A stretch of 64,000 nt of DNA from an uncultured bacterium (GTDB lineage: Bacteria; Eisenbacteria; RBG-16-71-46; CAIMUX01). The position numbers and the translations under genes are program-made. This document shows positions 47,675-58,469 of the stretch, piece by piece. Under the pieces are notes generated by a model. It made no database searches and was not told the origin of the DNA. It saw nothing but the letters and a program-made list of their open reading frames with translations. The stretch is from NCBI GenBank assembly GCA_964631125.1, contig CAZVYN010000003.1:19060-83059 (forward strand), written 5' to 3'. Within the stretch, counting starts at the first letter, position 1. Every line of letters starts with the position of its first letter.

Positions 47675-49515
47675 GCCGCGCGCCCGAGGTGCGTCCCCGA
47701 ACTGGGCGTGACGCCGGCCGCAAGAGCCTCACCTTCCATGGCGTGCCGGTCTCCGATGGACTCGGATCGGGCGCCGCGCATCTGGTCTTGCCCGAGCAGA
47801 TCGCCGTGGATGAGCGCACGCTCGCGCCCGGCCAAGCGGCCGATGAGGTGCGTCGCTTCCGCCTGGCCGTCCGTCGCGCGCGCGATGAGATCCAGGCGCT
47901 GCGCGAATGTCTCGTCGACGCGGACGACACCGGCATGCGCGTGCTCGACGCGCATCTCGCGCTCCTCGAAGACCAGGAGCTGCTCAAGAGTGTCGTCGCC
48001 GCCATCCGCTCCGATCAGATGACCGCCACGGCCGCGCTCCGCTCGATCTTCCAGCGGATGATCTCCGCGCTCGAGTCGGCCGGCACCGACTACTTCCGCG
48101 CGCGCTCGGCCGACATCCGGGACGTGAAGCGACGGATCGTGCGACATCTGGACGGGCGCCGCGGCCAGAGTTCGCACGTGCCCGAAGGGGCGGTGATCAT
48201 CGCGCCCGAGCTCAGCCCGAGCGAGAGCGCGGTCCTCGATCCGGCGCGCGTGCGCGCCATGATCACCGGCCACGGCGGCGCGACCTCGCATGCCGCCATC
48301 CTGGCGCGTTCGCGCGGCATCCCCGCGGTCGCCGGCTTGATCGATCTGACGCAGCAGGTCTCCACGGGCGACTGGATCCTGGTCGACGGCCACACCGGCG
48401 TGGTCATCGTGCGGCCGACCGAGGCGGAGCGGCGTCGATTCGCGGAGCGCGAGCGTCATCAGCGCCGTCACAGTCGATTGGTCTGGCGCGAGCAGACCGA
48501 GCCGGCGGTCACACTCGACGGCCACGCGGTGAAGCTCCTGGCCAACATCGAGACGCCGGGCGATATCGATCATGTCCTGCAAGCCGGCTGCGACGGCATC
48601 GGTCTCTACCGAACCGAGTACTTCTATCTGGCCAGTCTCGATCTGCCCGACGAGGAGGGGCAGTACCGCGCCTATCGACAGGTGTTGAAGCGGCTCCGTC
48701 CTCGGCCGGTCACGATTCGCACGCTGGATGTCGGGGGCGACAAGTTCGCCTCGTACCTCGGGACCTCGCGTCCCGACAATCCGTTCCTCGGCGTGCGCGG
48801 CATCCGCTTCCTGCTCTTGCATCGGGATGTGTTCCGCACGCAGCTCCGCGCCATCTTGCGCGCGTCGGTGCACGGCTCTGCCCGCATCCTGTTTCCGATG
48901 ATCAGCTCCGTCGACGAGCTGCGCGAGGTGAACGTGCTGATCGAGGAGACCGCGTCGGATCTGCGGCGGGAAGGGATCGATCTGGAGGAGCGGGTGGCTC
49001 GCGGGATCATGATCGAGGTCCCCGCCGCGGTCACGCTGGCCGATCTGCTGGCGCGCGAGTCCGACTTCTTCTCGATCGGCTCCAACGACCTGATCCAGTA
49101 CACACTGGCCGTCGATCGCGGCGACGAGAAGGTCGCACACCTCTACGATCCGTTCCATCCAGCCGTGCTCCGCGGCTTCGCCGCGACGGTCGAGGCCTCG
49201 CGTCGGGCCGGCATTCCGGTCACATCGTGCGGTGAGATGTCGGGGGATCTCTATGGCGCCGCGCTCCTGATCGGCCTCGGCTGTCTCTCCCTCTCGATGA
49301 GCGCGCCGCGCGTGCCCGAGGTGAAACACCTGGTGAGGAAGGTGCGCCTGGCCGACCTGCGCAACACCGCGGAAGAAGCGCTCCGCCAGCCGACGGGGCT
49401 CGATGTGCGACGGGTCCTGACCAAGTCACTGGCCGAGTTGGTGGGCAACGCGGGTCCGGAGCCGCTGCCGTCGCCGCCTCGCGCCGGCTTGCGCCGCGAC
49501 GGGAGCGACGCGTGA
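47671..49515 (+). CDS. ptsI: PEP-protein phosphotransferase (enzyme I)
   Basis: GGATSHAAILARS, GIGLYRTE, RTLDVGGDK, NPFLGVRGIR, GIMIEVP, SIGSNDLIQY, CGEM. Confidence 0.96.
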   Translation: MSRAPEVRPRTGRDAGRKSLTFHGVPVSDGLGSGAAHLVLPEQIAVDERTLAPGQAADEVRRFRLAVRRARDEIQALRECLVDADDTGMRVLDAHLALLEDQELLKSVVAAIRSDQMTATAALRSIFQRMISALESAGTDYFRARSADIRDVKRRIVRHLDGRRGQSSHVPEGAVIIAPELSPSESAVLDPARVRAMITGHGGATSHAAILARSRGIPAVAGLIDLTQQVSTGDWILVDGHTGVVIVRPTEAERRRFAERERHQRRHSRLVWREQTEPAVTLDGHAVKLLANIETPGDIDHVLQAGCDGIGLYRTEYFYLASLDLPDEEGQYRAYRQVLKRLRPRPVTIRTLDVGGDKFASYLGTSRPDNPFLGVRGIRFLLLHRDVFRTQLRAILRASVHGSARILFPMISSVDELREVNVLIEETASDLRREGIDLEERVARGIMIEVPAAVTLADLLARESDFFSIGSNDLIQYTLAVDRGDEKVAHLYDPFHPAVLRGFAATVEASRRAGIPVTSCGEMSGDLYGAALLIGLGCLSLSMSAPRVPEVKHLVRKVRLADLRNTAEEALRQPTGLDVRRVLTKSLAELVGNAGPEPLPSPPRAGLRRDGSDA

Positions 49516-50579
49516 TCGAGAGCGGGCTCGAGACGATGCGGCGCTGGTGCCTGGAGACGCCGTCGCAGTTGACCGGAGCGCTCGCCCGCGCCCGCGCGCT
49601 CGGTTGGCCGTCGGCGCGTTGGTTCGGAGAGGCCGACACCGGCCCCATCTTCCTGGGCGGCATGGGCGGCTCCGCTTCCGCCTGTCGCCTCGCTCACGCC
49701 GCGCTGGGCGACCAACTCTCGATGCCGTGCGTCATCCAGTCGGACCCCGTTCTGCCGCGGTGGATCGGCCCCGGGACGCGCGTGGCGATCTCGAGCTACT
49801 CGGGCGAGAGTTGGGAGGCGTTGGCGATGTTCGACGCCGCCGCCGAACGGGGAGCGCGGTTGCTGGCCGTGGCGTGCGGGGGTCGTCTCGCCTCTGACGC
49901 GCGACTCGATCCCGCCGCGCTCTTCCGCGTGCCCGAGGGATACGCCCCGCGCGCGGCGCTCGGATGGATGGTCGTCCCACTGATGCTCGCTCTCGCCGGT
50001 CCCGCCGCGCCCGCGGTGGCCGAACGAATCGCGCGAGCGGCCGAGCTCATCTCTGACGAGATGTCCCGCTGGGAAAGAGGCGAGGGCCTCCCCGGCCGGA
50101 ATCCACGCTCGCTCGCCGCGCGGCTGCAAGGACGACGGATCTTCCTCTACGCGCTGGGTGACGGCGATCGCGCGATCACCGGCCGTTGGAGGAATGTCTT
50201 CAACGAGAATGCGAAGCGACTGGCGCACGAGGGGTACTTTCCCGAGTTGGTGCATGCGGAGATCGTCGGATGGGGCGACCCGACCGACGGCGCGCCTTCG
50301 GTCGTGTTGGTCCTGGACGACCCGACCCTCGCCGACGGAACGCGGGGCCGAGTCGTCGCGGCGGCCGAGGCCGAGCTGTCGGGACGCGGAGTCGAGTGGA
50401 TCCGCGTGCCCGCCAACGGCGCCGACCGAGTGGAGCGCGTCCTCTCACACGTCGCGCTCGGCGACTACTTGAGCCTCGAACTGGCCTCTCAATCCGGAGT
50501 CGATCCGATGCCGATCGAGGCGATCACGCGAGTGAAGGCGGCCGCCGCCGGAACTGTGACCGAAAGGAATTCGCAATGA
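49512..50579 (+). CDS. bifunctional phosphoglucose/phosphomannose isomerase-like protein
   Basis: GMGGS, SSYSGES, PRAA, NENAK, PELVHAEIVGW, GVDPMPIEAI. Confidence 0.85.
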   Translation: MIESGLETMRRWCLETPSQLTGALARARALGWPSARWFGEADTGPIFLGGMGGSASACRLAHAALGDQLSMPCVIQSDPVLPRWIGPGTRVAISSYSGESWEALAMFDAAAERGARLLAVACGGRLASDARLDPAALFRVPEGYAPRAALGWMVVPLMLALAGPAAPAVAERIARAAELISDEMSRWERGEGLPGRNPRSLAARLQGRRIFLYALGDGDRAITGRWRNVFNENAKRLAHEGYFPELVHAEIVGWGDPTDGAPSVVLVLDDPTLADGTRGRVVAAAEAELSGRGVEWIRVPANGADRVERVLSHVALGDYLSLELASQSGVDPMPIEAITRVKAAAAGTVTERNSQ

Positions 50580-51586
50580 CCTCAGCGACGCGCCGCCCGG
50601 TCGCGATCGTCCCCGCCGCAGGCGTCGGCGCTCGACTCAGGCCGCACACGCACACCGTGCCGAAGGCGTTGGTCAACGTGGCCGGCAAGCCGATCCTCGC
50701 GCACATCCTCGACGGACTGGTGCAACAGGGGATCGAGCGCGTGGTGCTGGTCATCGGCTACATGGGAGACGCGATCCGGGCCTACACCGACAAGCGCTAC
50801 GCCGGGATGATCGAATATGTCGAGCAGCCGGAGCGGATGGGCCTGGGCCACGCCGTGCACCTGACGCGCGCGGCGGTCTCCGAAGGTCCGGTCGTGATCA
50901 TCCTGGGCGACACGATCTTGCACGCGGACGTCGGAGCCTTCCTCCAGGGAGAGAATCCCGTGCTCGGCGTGAAAGAGGTCGAAGACCCGCGGCGCTTCGG
51001 CATCGCGCAGGTCGAGAAGGGCTGGGTCAAGGCGTTGATCGAGAAGCCGGAGCATCCGGCCGGCAATCTGGCGCTGGTCGGGATCTACTATCTGCCCGAG
51101 GTCGCACAACTCCACCGACAGCTCGACCACATGATCGCCAATCAACTCACGACGAAAGGCGAGTACCAGTTGACCGACGCGCTCGCGCTCATGATCGCCG
51201 ACGGAGTGCAGATGAAGACCGAGACGGTCGAGGGGTGGTTCGACTGCGGCAAGCCGGAGACGCTGCTCTCGACCAACGCGTACCTCTTGGAGTTGGCGCC
51301 GCGCGCGCCCGAGATCCCGGGCGTGACGATCCTCCATCCGGTGGCGATCGATCCGACGGCGCGGGTGACCCGCTCGATCATCGGTCCCAATGTCTCGATC
51401 GCAGGGGGCGCGGTCGTCCACAACGCCATCGTTCACGACACCATCATCAACGAAAACGCCGAGGTCCGGGACATCGTGCTGGAGGGCTCGCTGGTGGGGG
51501 AGAACGCTGTGGTGAAGGGGGGCTTCCACCGGCTGAACGTGGGCGACTCCTCCGAGATCGACTTCTCCGGGCGATCGGAAGGCTGA
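50576..51586 (+). CDS. sugar-phosphate nucleotidyltransferase with C-terminal left-handed beta-helix
   Basis: PAAGVGARLRPHTHTVPKAL, GLGHAV, LGD, DPRRFG, GEYQLTDAL, WFDCG. Confidence 0.9.
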   Translation: MTSATRRPVAIVPAAGVGARLRPHTHTVPKALVNVAGKPILAHILDGLVQQGIERVVLVIGYMGDAIRAYTDKRYAGMIEYVEQPERMGLGHAVHLTRAAVSEGPVVIILGDTILHADVGAFLQGENPVLGVKEVEDPRRFGIAQVEKGWVKALIEKPEHPAGNLALVGIYYLPEVAQLHRQLDHMIANQLTTKGEYQLTDALALMIADGVQMKTETVEGWFDCGKPETLLSTNAYLLELAPRAPEIPGVTILHPVAIDPTARVTRSIIGPNVSIAGGAVVHNAIVHDTIINENAEVRDIVLEGSLVGENAVVKGGFHRLNVGDSSEIDFSGRSEG

Positions 51587-51736
51587 GCCCCCGGCCCTCT
51601 CGCGGACGCGCCACCCGTTGGCGCCCCTCGAGAGCGCGTGATACTCTGCCCCATTCGCGCCGTGACCCGCCTCTGGCCGGTCCGGCGGGCGACCCGACCT
51701 GAGCGAATCGATGGCACGAAGGGAGAGCCCCGGACG

Positions 51737-52912
51737 ATGGCGCAGCGGTACTTGATCACCTCGGAATCCGTCGGCAAGGGGCATCCCGACAAGGTCGCGG
51801 ATCAGATCTCGGACGCGATCCTCGACGCGATCATGGAGAAGGATCCCCAATGTCGGGTGGCTTGCGAGACCCTGGTCACGACCGGGTTGGTCCTCGTGGC
51901 GGGTGAGATCACGACCGCGGCGTATGTCGACATCCCCAAGGTCGTCCGCAAGACGGTGGCCGAGATCGGCTACGACGATCACATCTTCGGATTCGACGCC
52001 AATAGCGTCTCGGTCCTCACGACGATCGACGAGCAGTCGCGCGACATCGCGCGCGGCGTCGATCAGGGTGATCCGCTCAGCCAAGGCGCGGGCGATCAAG
52101 GCATCATGTTCGGCTACGCGACGAACGAGACGCCCGAGTACATGCCGCTCCCGATCGTCCTCGCGCACAAACTGGTTCGAAGACTGGCCGAGGTTCGTGA
52201 GACGGGCGAGCTTGGTTACCTCGGTCCCGATTGCAAGAGCCAGGTGACGGTCGAGTACGAAGATGCGAGGCCGATTCGGATCCACACCGTCGTCGTTTCC
52301 GCCCAACATCGTGACGATGTCTCGATCGACCAGATTCGCGCCGACATCCAGCGTCTGGTCGTGAAGCCGGTCCTGCCCCCGGCGCTGGTCCCGGTCGAAC
52401 CGATCTATCACATCAACCGCACCGGACGTTTTGTCGCAGGCGGTCCGGCCGCCGACACCGGCTTGACCGGACGGAAGATCATCGTCGACACCTACGGCGG
52501 GCTCGCTCGTCACGGCGGCGGCGCTTTCTCGGGGAAGGATCCCTCGAAGGTGGATCGCTCCGCCGCCTACGCGGCTCGTTGGGTCGCGAAGAATGTCGTG
52601 GCCGCGGGATTGGCCGATCGCTGCGAAGTGCAATTGGCCTATGCGATCGGGCACCCGGAACCGGTCTCGATCCACTGCGAGACGTACGGAACCGAGAAGG
52701 TCTCGACCGAACGGCTGACCGCCGCGATCTACGATCACTTCGACTTGCGGCCGGGCGCGATCATCCCGGCGCTCAACCTGCTCCGACCGATCTACCGCGC
52801 GACGGCGGCTTTCGGACATTTCGGGCGCAGCGAGCCCGAGTTCACGTGGGAGAGGCTCGATCGGGTGGATGCGCTGAGGCAGAGTCTGCTCGGCGCGGCC
52901 GCCCGCGTCTGA
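51737..52912 (+). CDS. metK: S-adenosylmethionine synthase
   Basis: [53 protein letters not shown]. Confidence 0.98.
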   Translation: MAQRYLITSESVGKGHPDKVADQISDAILDAIMEKDPQCRVACETLVTTGLVLVAGEITTAAYVDIPKVVRKTVAEIGYDDHIFGFDANSVSVLTTIDEQSRDIARGVDQGDPLSQGAGDQGIMFGYATNETPEYMPLPIVLAHKLVRRLAEVRETGELGYLGPDCKSQVTVEYEDARPIRIHTVVVSAQHRDDVSIDQIRADIQRLVVKPVLPPALVPVEPIYHINRTGRFVAGGPAADTGLTGRKIIVDTYGGLARHGGGAFSGKDPSKVDRSAAYAARWVAKNVVAAGLADRCEVQLAYAIGHPEPVSIHCETYGTEKVSTERLTAAIYDHFDLRPGAIIPALNLLRPIYRATAAFGHFGRSEPEFTWERLDRVDALRQSLLGAAARV

Positions 52913-52996
52913 CGGTCGCCAGGAAGACGACCGGGCGTCGCAGGGGGCGCGGCGCCGGCGTGAGGTGAGGGCGATCCTCACTCACGTCCCCCGAAG

Positions 52997-55285
52997 GTGA
53001 TGGACCACATGAGCGAAGGATCCGCTCTCGAACGCCGTCCCATCCTCGGGACGTTGGTCTGGATGGTCGGCTTGCTGCTGGCCGGCTCGTGTCTATCCTC
53101 GCCTCCGTGGCCCGGCGCCGCGCCGCTCTTGGGCCTCCCGCCAGATGCCTGCGGCGAATTCGGTCGCGCCGTCTCCACCGCGCTCTTGGGCGGGCTCGGG
53201 ATCCCGCTGACGGTATGGCTCTGCGCCTCCGGCCTGATCCTCGGCGCGCGTTTCGTCTTCTTGCATCCGGCCCGCGTGCAGGCGCCGCTTCTCGGCACGG
53301 GACTGCTCGCGCTCACCTTCTCGCTCTTCCTCGCGCAGGTCGCCCCCTCGGCGGGCTGGGCCTGGGGCGAGATGGCGCGGGCCGGCGCGTCGTTCCTCGC
53401 CGCGAGCGGTCGCCTGGGACCGCTCGGCGCCGCGTTGGCGTTGGGCGGTGGTTTCGTGCTCGCGGGGATCGTGGTCGTGCCCCGCCTGCTGCCCGGCTGG
53501 ACCACGCGAGCCGCGGTCACCGCGGGCGCGACGTCGCGCGCGACGACCGCCGTGACCGGCAATTTTTTCCGTCGCATCTCGACGTCAATCGCTGGGGCCG
53601 CGGATGCCTGGCGGCAGTCGCGGGCCGCGCGGAGAGACGCGGCTCGAACGGAGTCGCCGAAGAGGCGTCGCCCCGACCGCGTCGCGGAAGCACACGGCCA
53701 AGAGCTGACGCCGGTGGACCTCGACGCGCTTTTGCGGGCGCCCGCGGCTGCATCCGCGAAGCCGGCCGCGCCGCCCCCGACGTCGCGCGAGAAACCCACG
53801 AGGGCGAAGAAGCACGATCCAAGCAACGCGGCGCAGAGCGGTCGGTATGTCCTTCCGCCGATCGAGCTGCTCGAGCCCGATCCGGGAGCGAAGGTGATGG
53901 TCGAGCAGTCAGAAATCTTGGAGAACGGTCGCACGCTCGTGCGCGCGCTGCGGGACTTCGGCATCGAGGGACAGCTCGGGCAGGTGCACCCGGGGCCGGT
54001 CATCACGCAGTACGAGTTCGAGCCGGCGGCCGGCGTGCGCATCGCGCAGATCGTCTCCCGCGCCGAAGACCTCGCTCTCGCACTGCGCTCGTCGCGCGTG
54101 CGCCTCGTCGCGCCGATCCCGGGCAAGGCGGCGGTCGGAATCGAAGTCCCCAATCGCGCGGCGCAGAAGATCGGCTTCCGCTCGGTGCTGCAGGAGATCG
54201 AGCTGACCAGTCTGGCGGGGGACCTCCCGCTCGTCCTCGGGAGAGACATCCGCGGACGGCCGCATGCGGCGCGGCTGGAGGCGATGCCGCACGCCTTGGT
54301 CGCCGGCACGACCGGTTCGGGCAAGAGCGTCTGTCTGAACGTGCTGCTGCTCTCGCTCCTCTTCCGCCGGACGCCGGACGAGCTGCGTCTCTTGTTGATC
54401 GATCCGAAGATGCTCGAATTGACTCCCTACGACGGCATTCCACATCTGCTCTGCCCGGTCGTGACCGAACCGAAGATGGCCGCGCGGATGTTGGGCTGGT
54501 TGGTCGGGGAGATGGAGCGGCGCTACCGTCGGATGGCCGGGTTCGGCGTGCGCAACATCGAGGGTTATCGCGCCAAGGTGGCGGCCGCGAAGCCGGAGGA
54601 CGGGCTCGAGCCGATGCCGACGATCGTCGTCATCGTGGACGAGTTGGCCGACCTCATGATGACCTGCGCCCATGAGGTCGAGGGTCCGATCGCGCGCCTC
54701 GCGCAGATGGCCCGCGCCGTCGGCATCCACCTCATCCTCGCCACGCAACGGCCCTCGGTCGACGTGCTGACCGGCGTGATCAAGGCGAACTTTCCGGCGC
54801 GCATCGCGTTCCAGGTCGCGTCCAAGGTCGACAGCCGCACCATCCTCGACGCGAACGGCGCCGAATCGCTCCTCGGGCGCGGTGACATGCTTTTCCTCCC
54901 GCCCGGCAAGTCCGAGGCGACCCGAGTCCATGGAGCGTACGTGAGCGAGCGCGATACCGAGGCGGTGGTGCAGTTCCTCAAGCAGCAGCCCCCCGCGCCG
55001 GAGATCTTCCGCGAGGATGCGTTGCGGACAGAGCGCGACGAGTTGGGCTTCGACGACGAGATGTTCGAAGACGCGTTGCGCTTGGTGGTCGCGCAGAAGC
55101 AGGCGTCGACCTCGTTCCTTCAGCGTCGACTGAAGGTCGGCTACTCTCGCGCCGGACGATTGATGGACCTCTTGGAGAAGGCGGGCGCGGTCAGCGGCGC
55201 CGACGGGAGCAAGGCGCGCGAGGTTCTGGCCGACGACCGTTTCCTCGACCAATGGCTGCAGCGCGAAAAGGTGGAGTCTCGATGA
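52997..55285 (+). CDS. ftsK: DNA translocase FtsK
   Basis: N-terminal TM region; PIPGKAAVGIEVPN, AGTTGSGKSV, IDPKMLEL, VDELADLMM, ATQRPSVDV, gamma domain LQRRLKVGYSRAGRL. Confidence 0.95.
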   Translation: MMDHMSEGSALERRPILGTLVWMVGLLLAGSCLSSPPWPGAAPLLGLPPDACGEFGRAVSTALLGGLGIPLTVWLCASGLILGARFVFLHPARVQAPLLGTGLLALTFSLFLAQVAPSAGWAWGEMARAGASFLAASGRLGPLGAALALGGGFVLAGIVVVPRLLPGWTTRAAVTAGATSRATTAVTGNFFRRISTSIAGAADAWRQSRAARRDAARTESPKRRRPDRVAEAHGQELTPVDLDALLRAPAAASAKPAAPPPTSREKPTRAKKHDPSNAAQSGRYVLPPIELLEPDPGAKVMVEQSEILENGRTLVRALRDFGIEGQLGQVHPGPVITQYEFEPAAGVRIAQIVSRAEDLALALRSSRVRLVAPIPGKAAVGIEVPNRAAQKIGFRSVLQEIELTSLAGDLPLVLGRDIRGRPHAARLEAMPHALVAGTTGSGKSVCLNVLLLSLLFRRTPDELRLLLIDPKMLELTPYDGIPHLLCPVVTEPKMAARMLGWLVGEMERRYRRMAGFGVRNIEGYRAKVAAAKPEDGLEPMPTIVVIVDELADLMMTCAHEVEGPIARLAQMARAVGIHLILATQRPSVDVLTGVIKANFPARIAFQVASKVDSRTILDANGAESLLGRGDMLFLPPGKSEATRVHGAYVSERDTEAVVQFLKQQPPAPEIFREDALRTERDELGFDDEMFEDALRLVVAQKQASTSFLQRRLKVGYSRAGRLMDLLEKAGAVSGADGSKAREVLADDRFLDQWLQREKVESR

Positions 55286-55944
55286 CCGTTCGATCGCTGG
55301 CCGGCTTCGTCTCCTGGTCACTCCTGCTCGCCCTCGGACTCATCGGTCGGCCCGTGTCGGGGGAGTCGGCCGGCGGAGCGCTCCTGCAACGTGTTTCCGA
55401 ACGGTTCCTCGCCTTGACCACCTTCGAGGCCGATTTCGAGCAGAGTCAGATCTGGGTCGGCATGGAGTCACCGCAAGTCTCGACCGGGAAGCTCTATCTG
55501 GCGCGCCCGAACCGTTTCCGTCTCGAATACAGTCAGCCGAAGGGTCACGTGCAGGTCTCCGACGGAGAACGGGTCTGGACCTACGTCCCGGCCAACGGCG
55601 AAGTGCTCCTGGCGCGGCTGGGGGACGAGGCCAAGGGAGGCGACATGCTCTCGAGGCTCCTAGCAGAGAGCACCCCCGATCCGCTGGTTGAAACCGGCTC
55701 GTTGGGGGACACCGCCGCGCGAATTCTGACCCTGCGCCCCGATCCCTCTCTCGGAGTGATTCGCCTGCGGGTCTGGACTCCGATCGACGCGGATGCGATC
55801 CTCCAGTACGAGATCGAAGATGGCTCGGGTAATGTGAGTTCCTATCGCCTCTTGAAGTCTCGTTCGAATCCACGCCTCGACGCCCGGCTCTTCGAGTTCG
55901 AGCCGCCCGAGGGGATTCCGGTGGTGGAGGTCGGGGCGCCGTGA
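55282..55944 (+). CDS. lolA: outer-membrane lipoprotein carrier LolA
   Basis: Signal peptide; ADFEQ, RPNRFRLEY, VSDGERVW, FEFEPPEG; follows ftsK. Confidence 0.85.
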   Translation: MTVRSLAGFVSWSLLLALGLIGRPVSGESAGGALLQRVSERFLALTTFEADFEQSQIWVGMESPQVSTGKLYLARPNRFRLEYSQPKGHVQVSDGERVWTYVPANGEVLLARLGDEAKGGDMLSRLLAESTPDPLVETGSLGDTAARILTLRPDPSLGVIRLRVWTPIDADAILQYEIEDGSGNVSSYRLLKSRSNPRLDARLFEFEPPEGIPVVEVGAP

Positions 55945-57431
55945 CGATCGGCTCCGCGACTGCCCGACCCGGCCGTCACCGATCTCCCACGCCCGAAGGA
56001 GCCATGCGCGCGACCGAACCCTCGTCAACCGACGCTGCTGCTGACGGCGAGTCGTCCAAGCACGACTCGCCGCGCCCGCCCGAGGCGCGCACGATCTCGG
56101 TCGTTACCCTCGGGTGTCCGAAGAACTTGGCCGACTCTGAATCGATGCTGGGGCAGCTCCACCGGGCCGGCTATCGCATGAGCGGAGATCCCGCCGAGGC
56201 CGAACTGGTCGTGGTCAACACCTGCGCGTTCCTCACCGCGTCGCAGGAGGAGTCGATCGCGACCATCCTGGAGATGGCGAAGCTGAAGGAGACCGGTCGG
56301 CTCGAGCGATTGGTCGTGGCGGGTTGTCTGGCCCAGCGCCATGGCGCATCGCTCCTCGACGAGATCCCGGAGATCGATTTCTTGATCGGGCCGGGGACCA
56401 TCTCGCAAGTGGTCGACGTCGCCGCGGGATTGCTCGGTGGGGGTCTCGAGCGCGGCGCGCGGCTCGGCGGCCTCGACGCGATCGACTTCGATTGGGAGCC
56501 CCGCGTCATCTCCGGCTCGCGCCGCACCGCGTATCTCAAGATCAGCGAGGGGTGCAACAACACCTGCACCTTCTGCATCATCCCGCAGCTCCGCGGGAAA
56601 CACCGCAGTCGGTCGATCGAGGACATCGAGCGCGAAGCCCGTCGCTTGGTCGAGTCGGGCATCGAGGAACTGGTGGTGATCGCGCAGGACACCACGTCGT
56701 ACGGGCTCGACCTCTACGGGAAGTTCTCGCTCGATCGTCTGCTCGAGCGTCTCGACTCGATCGCGGGCGTCCGCTGGATCCGCCTGCTCTATACGTATCC
56801 GCGGTACTGGACTGATGAGCTCGTCGCCTGCTTCGGGCGGCTCGAGCGGCTCACCCTCTACGTCGACATGCCGATCCAGCACGCCTCCGATCCGGTGTTG
56901 CGGCGAATGAAGCGCGGCATGGGATGGGCGCGCACTTCCGATCTCCTCCAACGCCTGCGCGCGATTCCACAGATGGTGCTGCGATCGACCGTCATCACCG
57001 GTTTTCCCGGAGAGACCGAGGCCGACGTCGAGGCGTTGTTGGCCGCGCTGCGTGAGGTCGAGTTCGATCATCTGGGCGCCTTCGCCTACAGCACCGAGGA
57101 CAGCACGCCCGCCGGCGCCATGGAGGAGCAGTTGCCCGAGGAAGTCCGCGCCGAACGGCGGGACCGTGTCCTCACTCAGCAACGCGCGATCTCACTCCGG
57201 CGCAATCGCGCGCGTGTGCGCCAGGCAGTGGAGGTCCTGGTCGAGAGTGTCGACTTGGAGCAGGGAATGGCGCGGGGTCGCTGGCAGGGCCAGGCGCCCG
57301 AGATCGACGGCGAGACGCGCTTGGTCTGGTCGGCCGGGACGCCGCCGCCCGCCGTCGGCGAATTCGTGCCGGCGCGAGTGCGGGCCGCGGGCCCGTACGA
57401 CCTGGTTGCGGTCAAAGAGGAGGTCCGCTGA
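55941..57431 (+). CDS. rimO: ribosomal protein S12 methylthiotransferase
   Basis: TLGCPKNLADSE, VNTCAF, AYLKISEGCNNTCTFCIIP, IAQDTT, APEIDG. Confidence 0.93.
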   Translation: MTIGSATARPGRHRSPTPEGAMRATEPSSTDAAADGESSKHDSPRPPEARTISVVTLGCPKNLADSESMLGQLHRAGYRMSGDPAEAELVVVNTCAFLTASQEESIATILEMAKLKETGRLERLVVAGCLAQRHGASLLDEIPEIDFLIGPGTISQVVDVAAGLLGGGLERGARLGGLDAIDFDWEPRVISGSRRTAYLKISEGCNNTCTFCIIPQLRGKHRSRSIEDIEREARRLVESGIEELVVIAQDTTSYGLDLYGKFSLDRLLERLDSIAGVRWIRLLYTYPRYWTDELVACFGRLERLTLYVDMPIQHASDPVLRRMKRGMGWARTSDLLQRLRAIPQMVLRSTVITGFPGETEADVEALLAALREVEFDHLGAFAYSTEDSTPAGAMEEQLPEEVRAERRDRVLTQQRAISLRRNRARVRQAVEVLVESVDLEQGMARGRWQGQAPEIDGETRLVWSAGTPPPAVGEFVPARVRAAGPYDLVAVKEEVR

Positions 57432-58469
57432 GTGGATCGGTTCGTCCTTCGCCTTCATCCCCTCGCCGCCGTTCTGCTGCTGGTCACCTGCTTCGCGGGA
57501 GCGCAGACGACTCCCGTCTCGGCCGGCGCCGGCGGATTTCCCAGCAATCTCGCGGTTCTCGAACGGCTCAGCCTCGAAACGCTGGGCGAGGCGGTCGACT
57601 CGCTCCGACTCGAGTCGCGTGAGCCGGTCTCGATCCTGGCCCGCTCGCCGCACGAAGCGAACAGCTTCGTCCTGACGCGTCTGGCGAAGATCCTCATCGA
57701 TCGAGGCCACGAGGTCACGATCGTCGATGCCGTGCTGGCCGCCGCGGACGAACGGGAGGACGCGGCGCCGGCGAAGAGTTCGCCGCCCCCGCCGGCAACA
57801 GCCGCCAAGGGCGCGGCCGCGGCGCCCGCGCCGACGAAGCCGATCGGCGCCCTCGAACTCGATCCGGACGATCCTGCCGCCGTCGGCGACACGACGGGCG
57901 CGTACGCCGATTCGCTCGCGCTCCTGCTCGACCCGCTCTGGGGCGAACCGCTCCATCCCGAGGCGGTCGCAGCGGCGGCTGCCGCCTCGAAGGAGAGAGA
58001 GGCGCGCGCCGCCGGCGCCTTGTCGGAGACCGGCGCCCTCTCGGAGACTGAGGTCGAGGAGCCGCCCGACATGGGCGCGCCCACCCCGAGGATCGTGACC
58101 GACAGCGGCCCGACCGGCTTGCCCGCGGGTCACATCATCGAGCTGAAGATCCAGGAGTTCGGAGTCTCCTACGCGGACGTCGGGAGAAAGCTGGCCTTCG
58201 GTCCTGTGACCGTGACCCGTGTCGCGGGCTGCTACCTCGAGCTGACCCATTTGATCGGTCCCGCCGGTAGCTTGCGGCGGATGAGCGCGGGAGAGCGTCA
58301 CTGGGTCGACCGCCTCGGCGGCTCCGACCGAGTCCTGGCGGAGGGTGCGGGCTACCCGTTCACCCGCCCGGAACTCAAGCCTCCGAGCCTCGGGAAGTAC
58401 GTCGAGCCCGCGGTCGTCGTCGGCGTGGTCGGGAGCCTCATCTATCTTTTCTATGCCAATCAGAACTGA
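57432..58469 (+). CDS. hypothetical exported protein with C-terminal TM helix
   Basis: Signal peptide, central Ala/Pro/acidic low-complexity segment, C-terminal EPAVVVGVVGSLIYLFY; tightly packed between rimO and bamD. Confidence 0.7.
   Translation: MDRFVLRLHPLAAVLLLVTCFAGAQTTPVSAGAGGFPSNLAVLERLSLETLGEAVDSLRLESREPVSILARSPHEANSFVLTRLAKILIDRGHEVTIVDAVLAAADEREDAAPAKSSPPPPATAAKGAAAAPAPTKPIGALELDPDDPAAVGDTTGAYADSLALLLDPLWGEPLHPEAVAAAAAASKEREARAAGALSETGALSETEVEEPPDMGAPTPRIVTDSGPTGLPAGHIIELKIQEFGVSYADVGRKLAFGPVTVTRVAGCYLELTHLIGPAGSLRRMSAGERHWVDRLGGSDRVLAEGAGYPFTRPELKPPSLGKYVEPAVVVGVVGSLIYLFYANQN

Noticed and set aside
51587..51736. Possible SAM riboswitch upstream of metK
   Set aside because: GC-rich stems are present, but I could not match SAM-I, SAM-II or SAM/SAH consensus elements; needs cmscan
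52948..52986. Hairpin region between metK and ftsK
   Set aside because: An inverted repeat near 52960-52986 has no U-tract; unremarkable in GC-rich DNA
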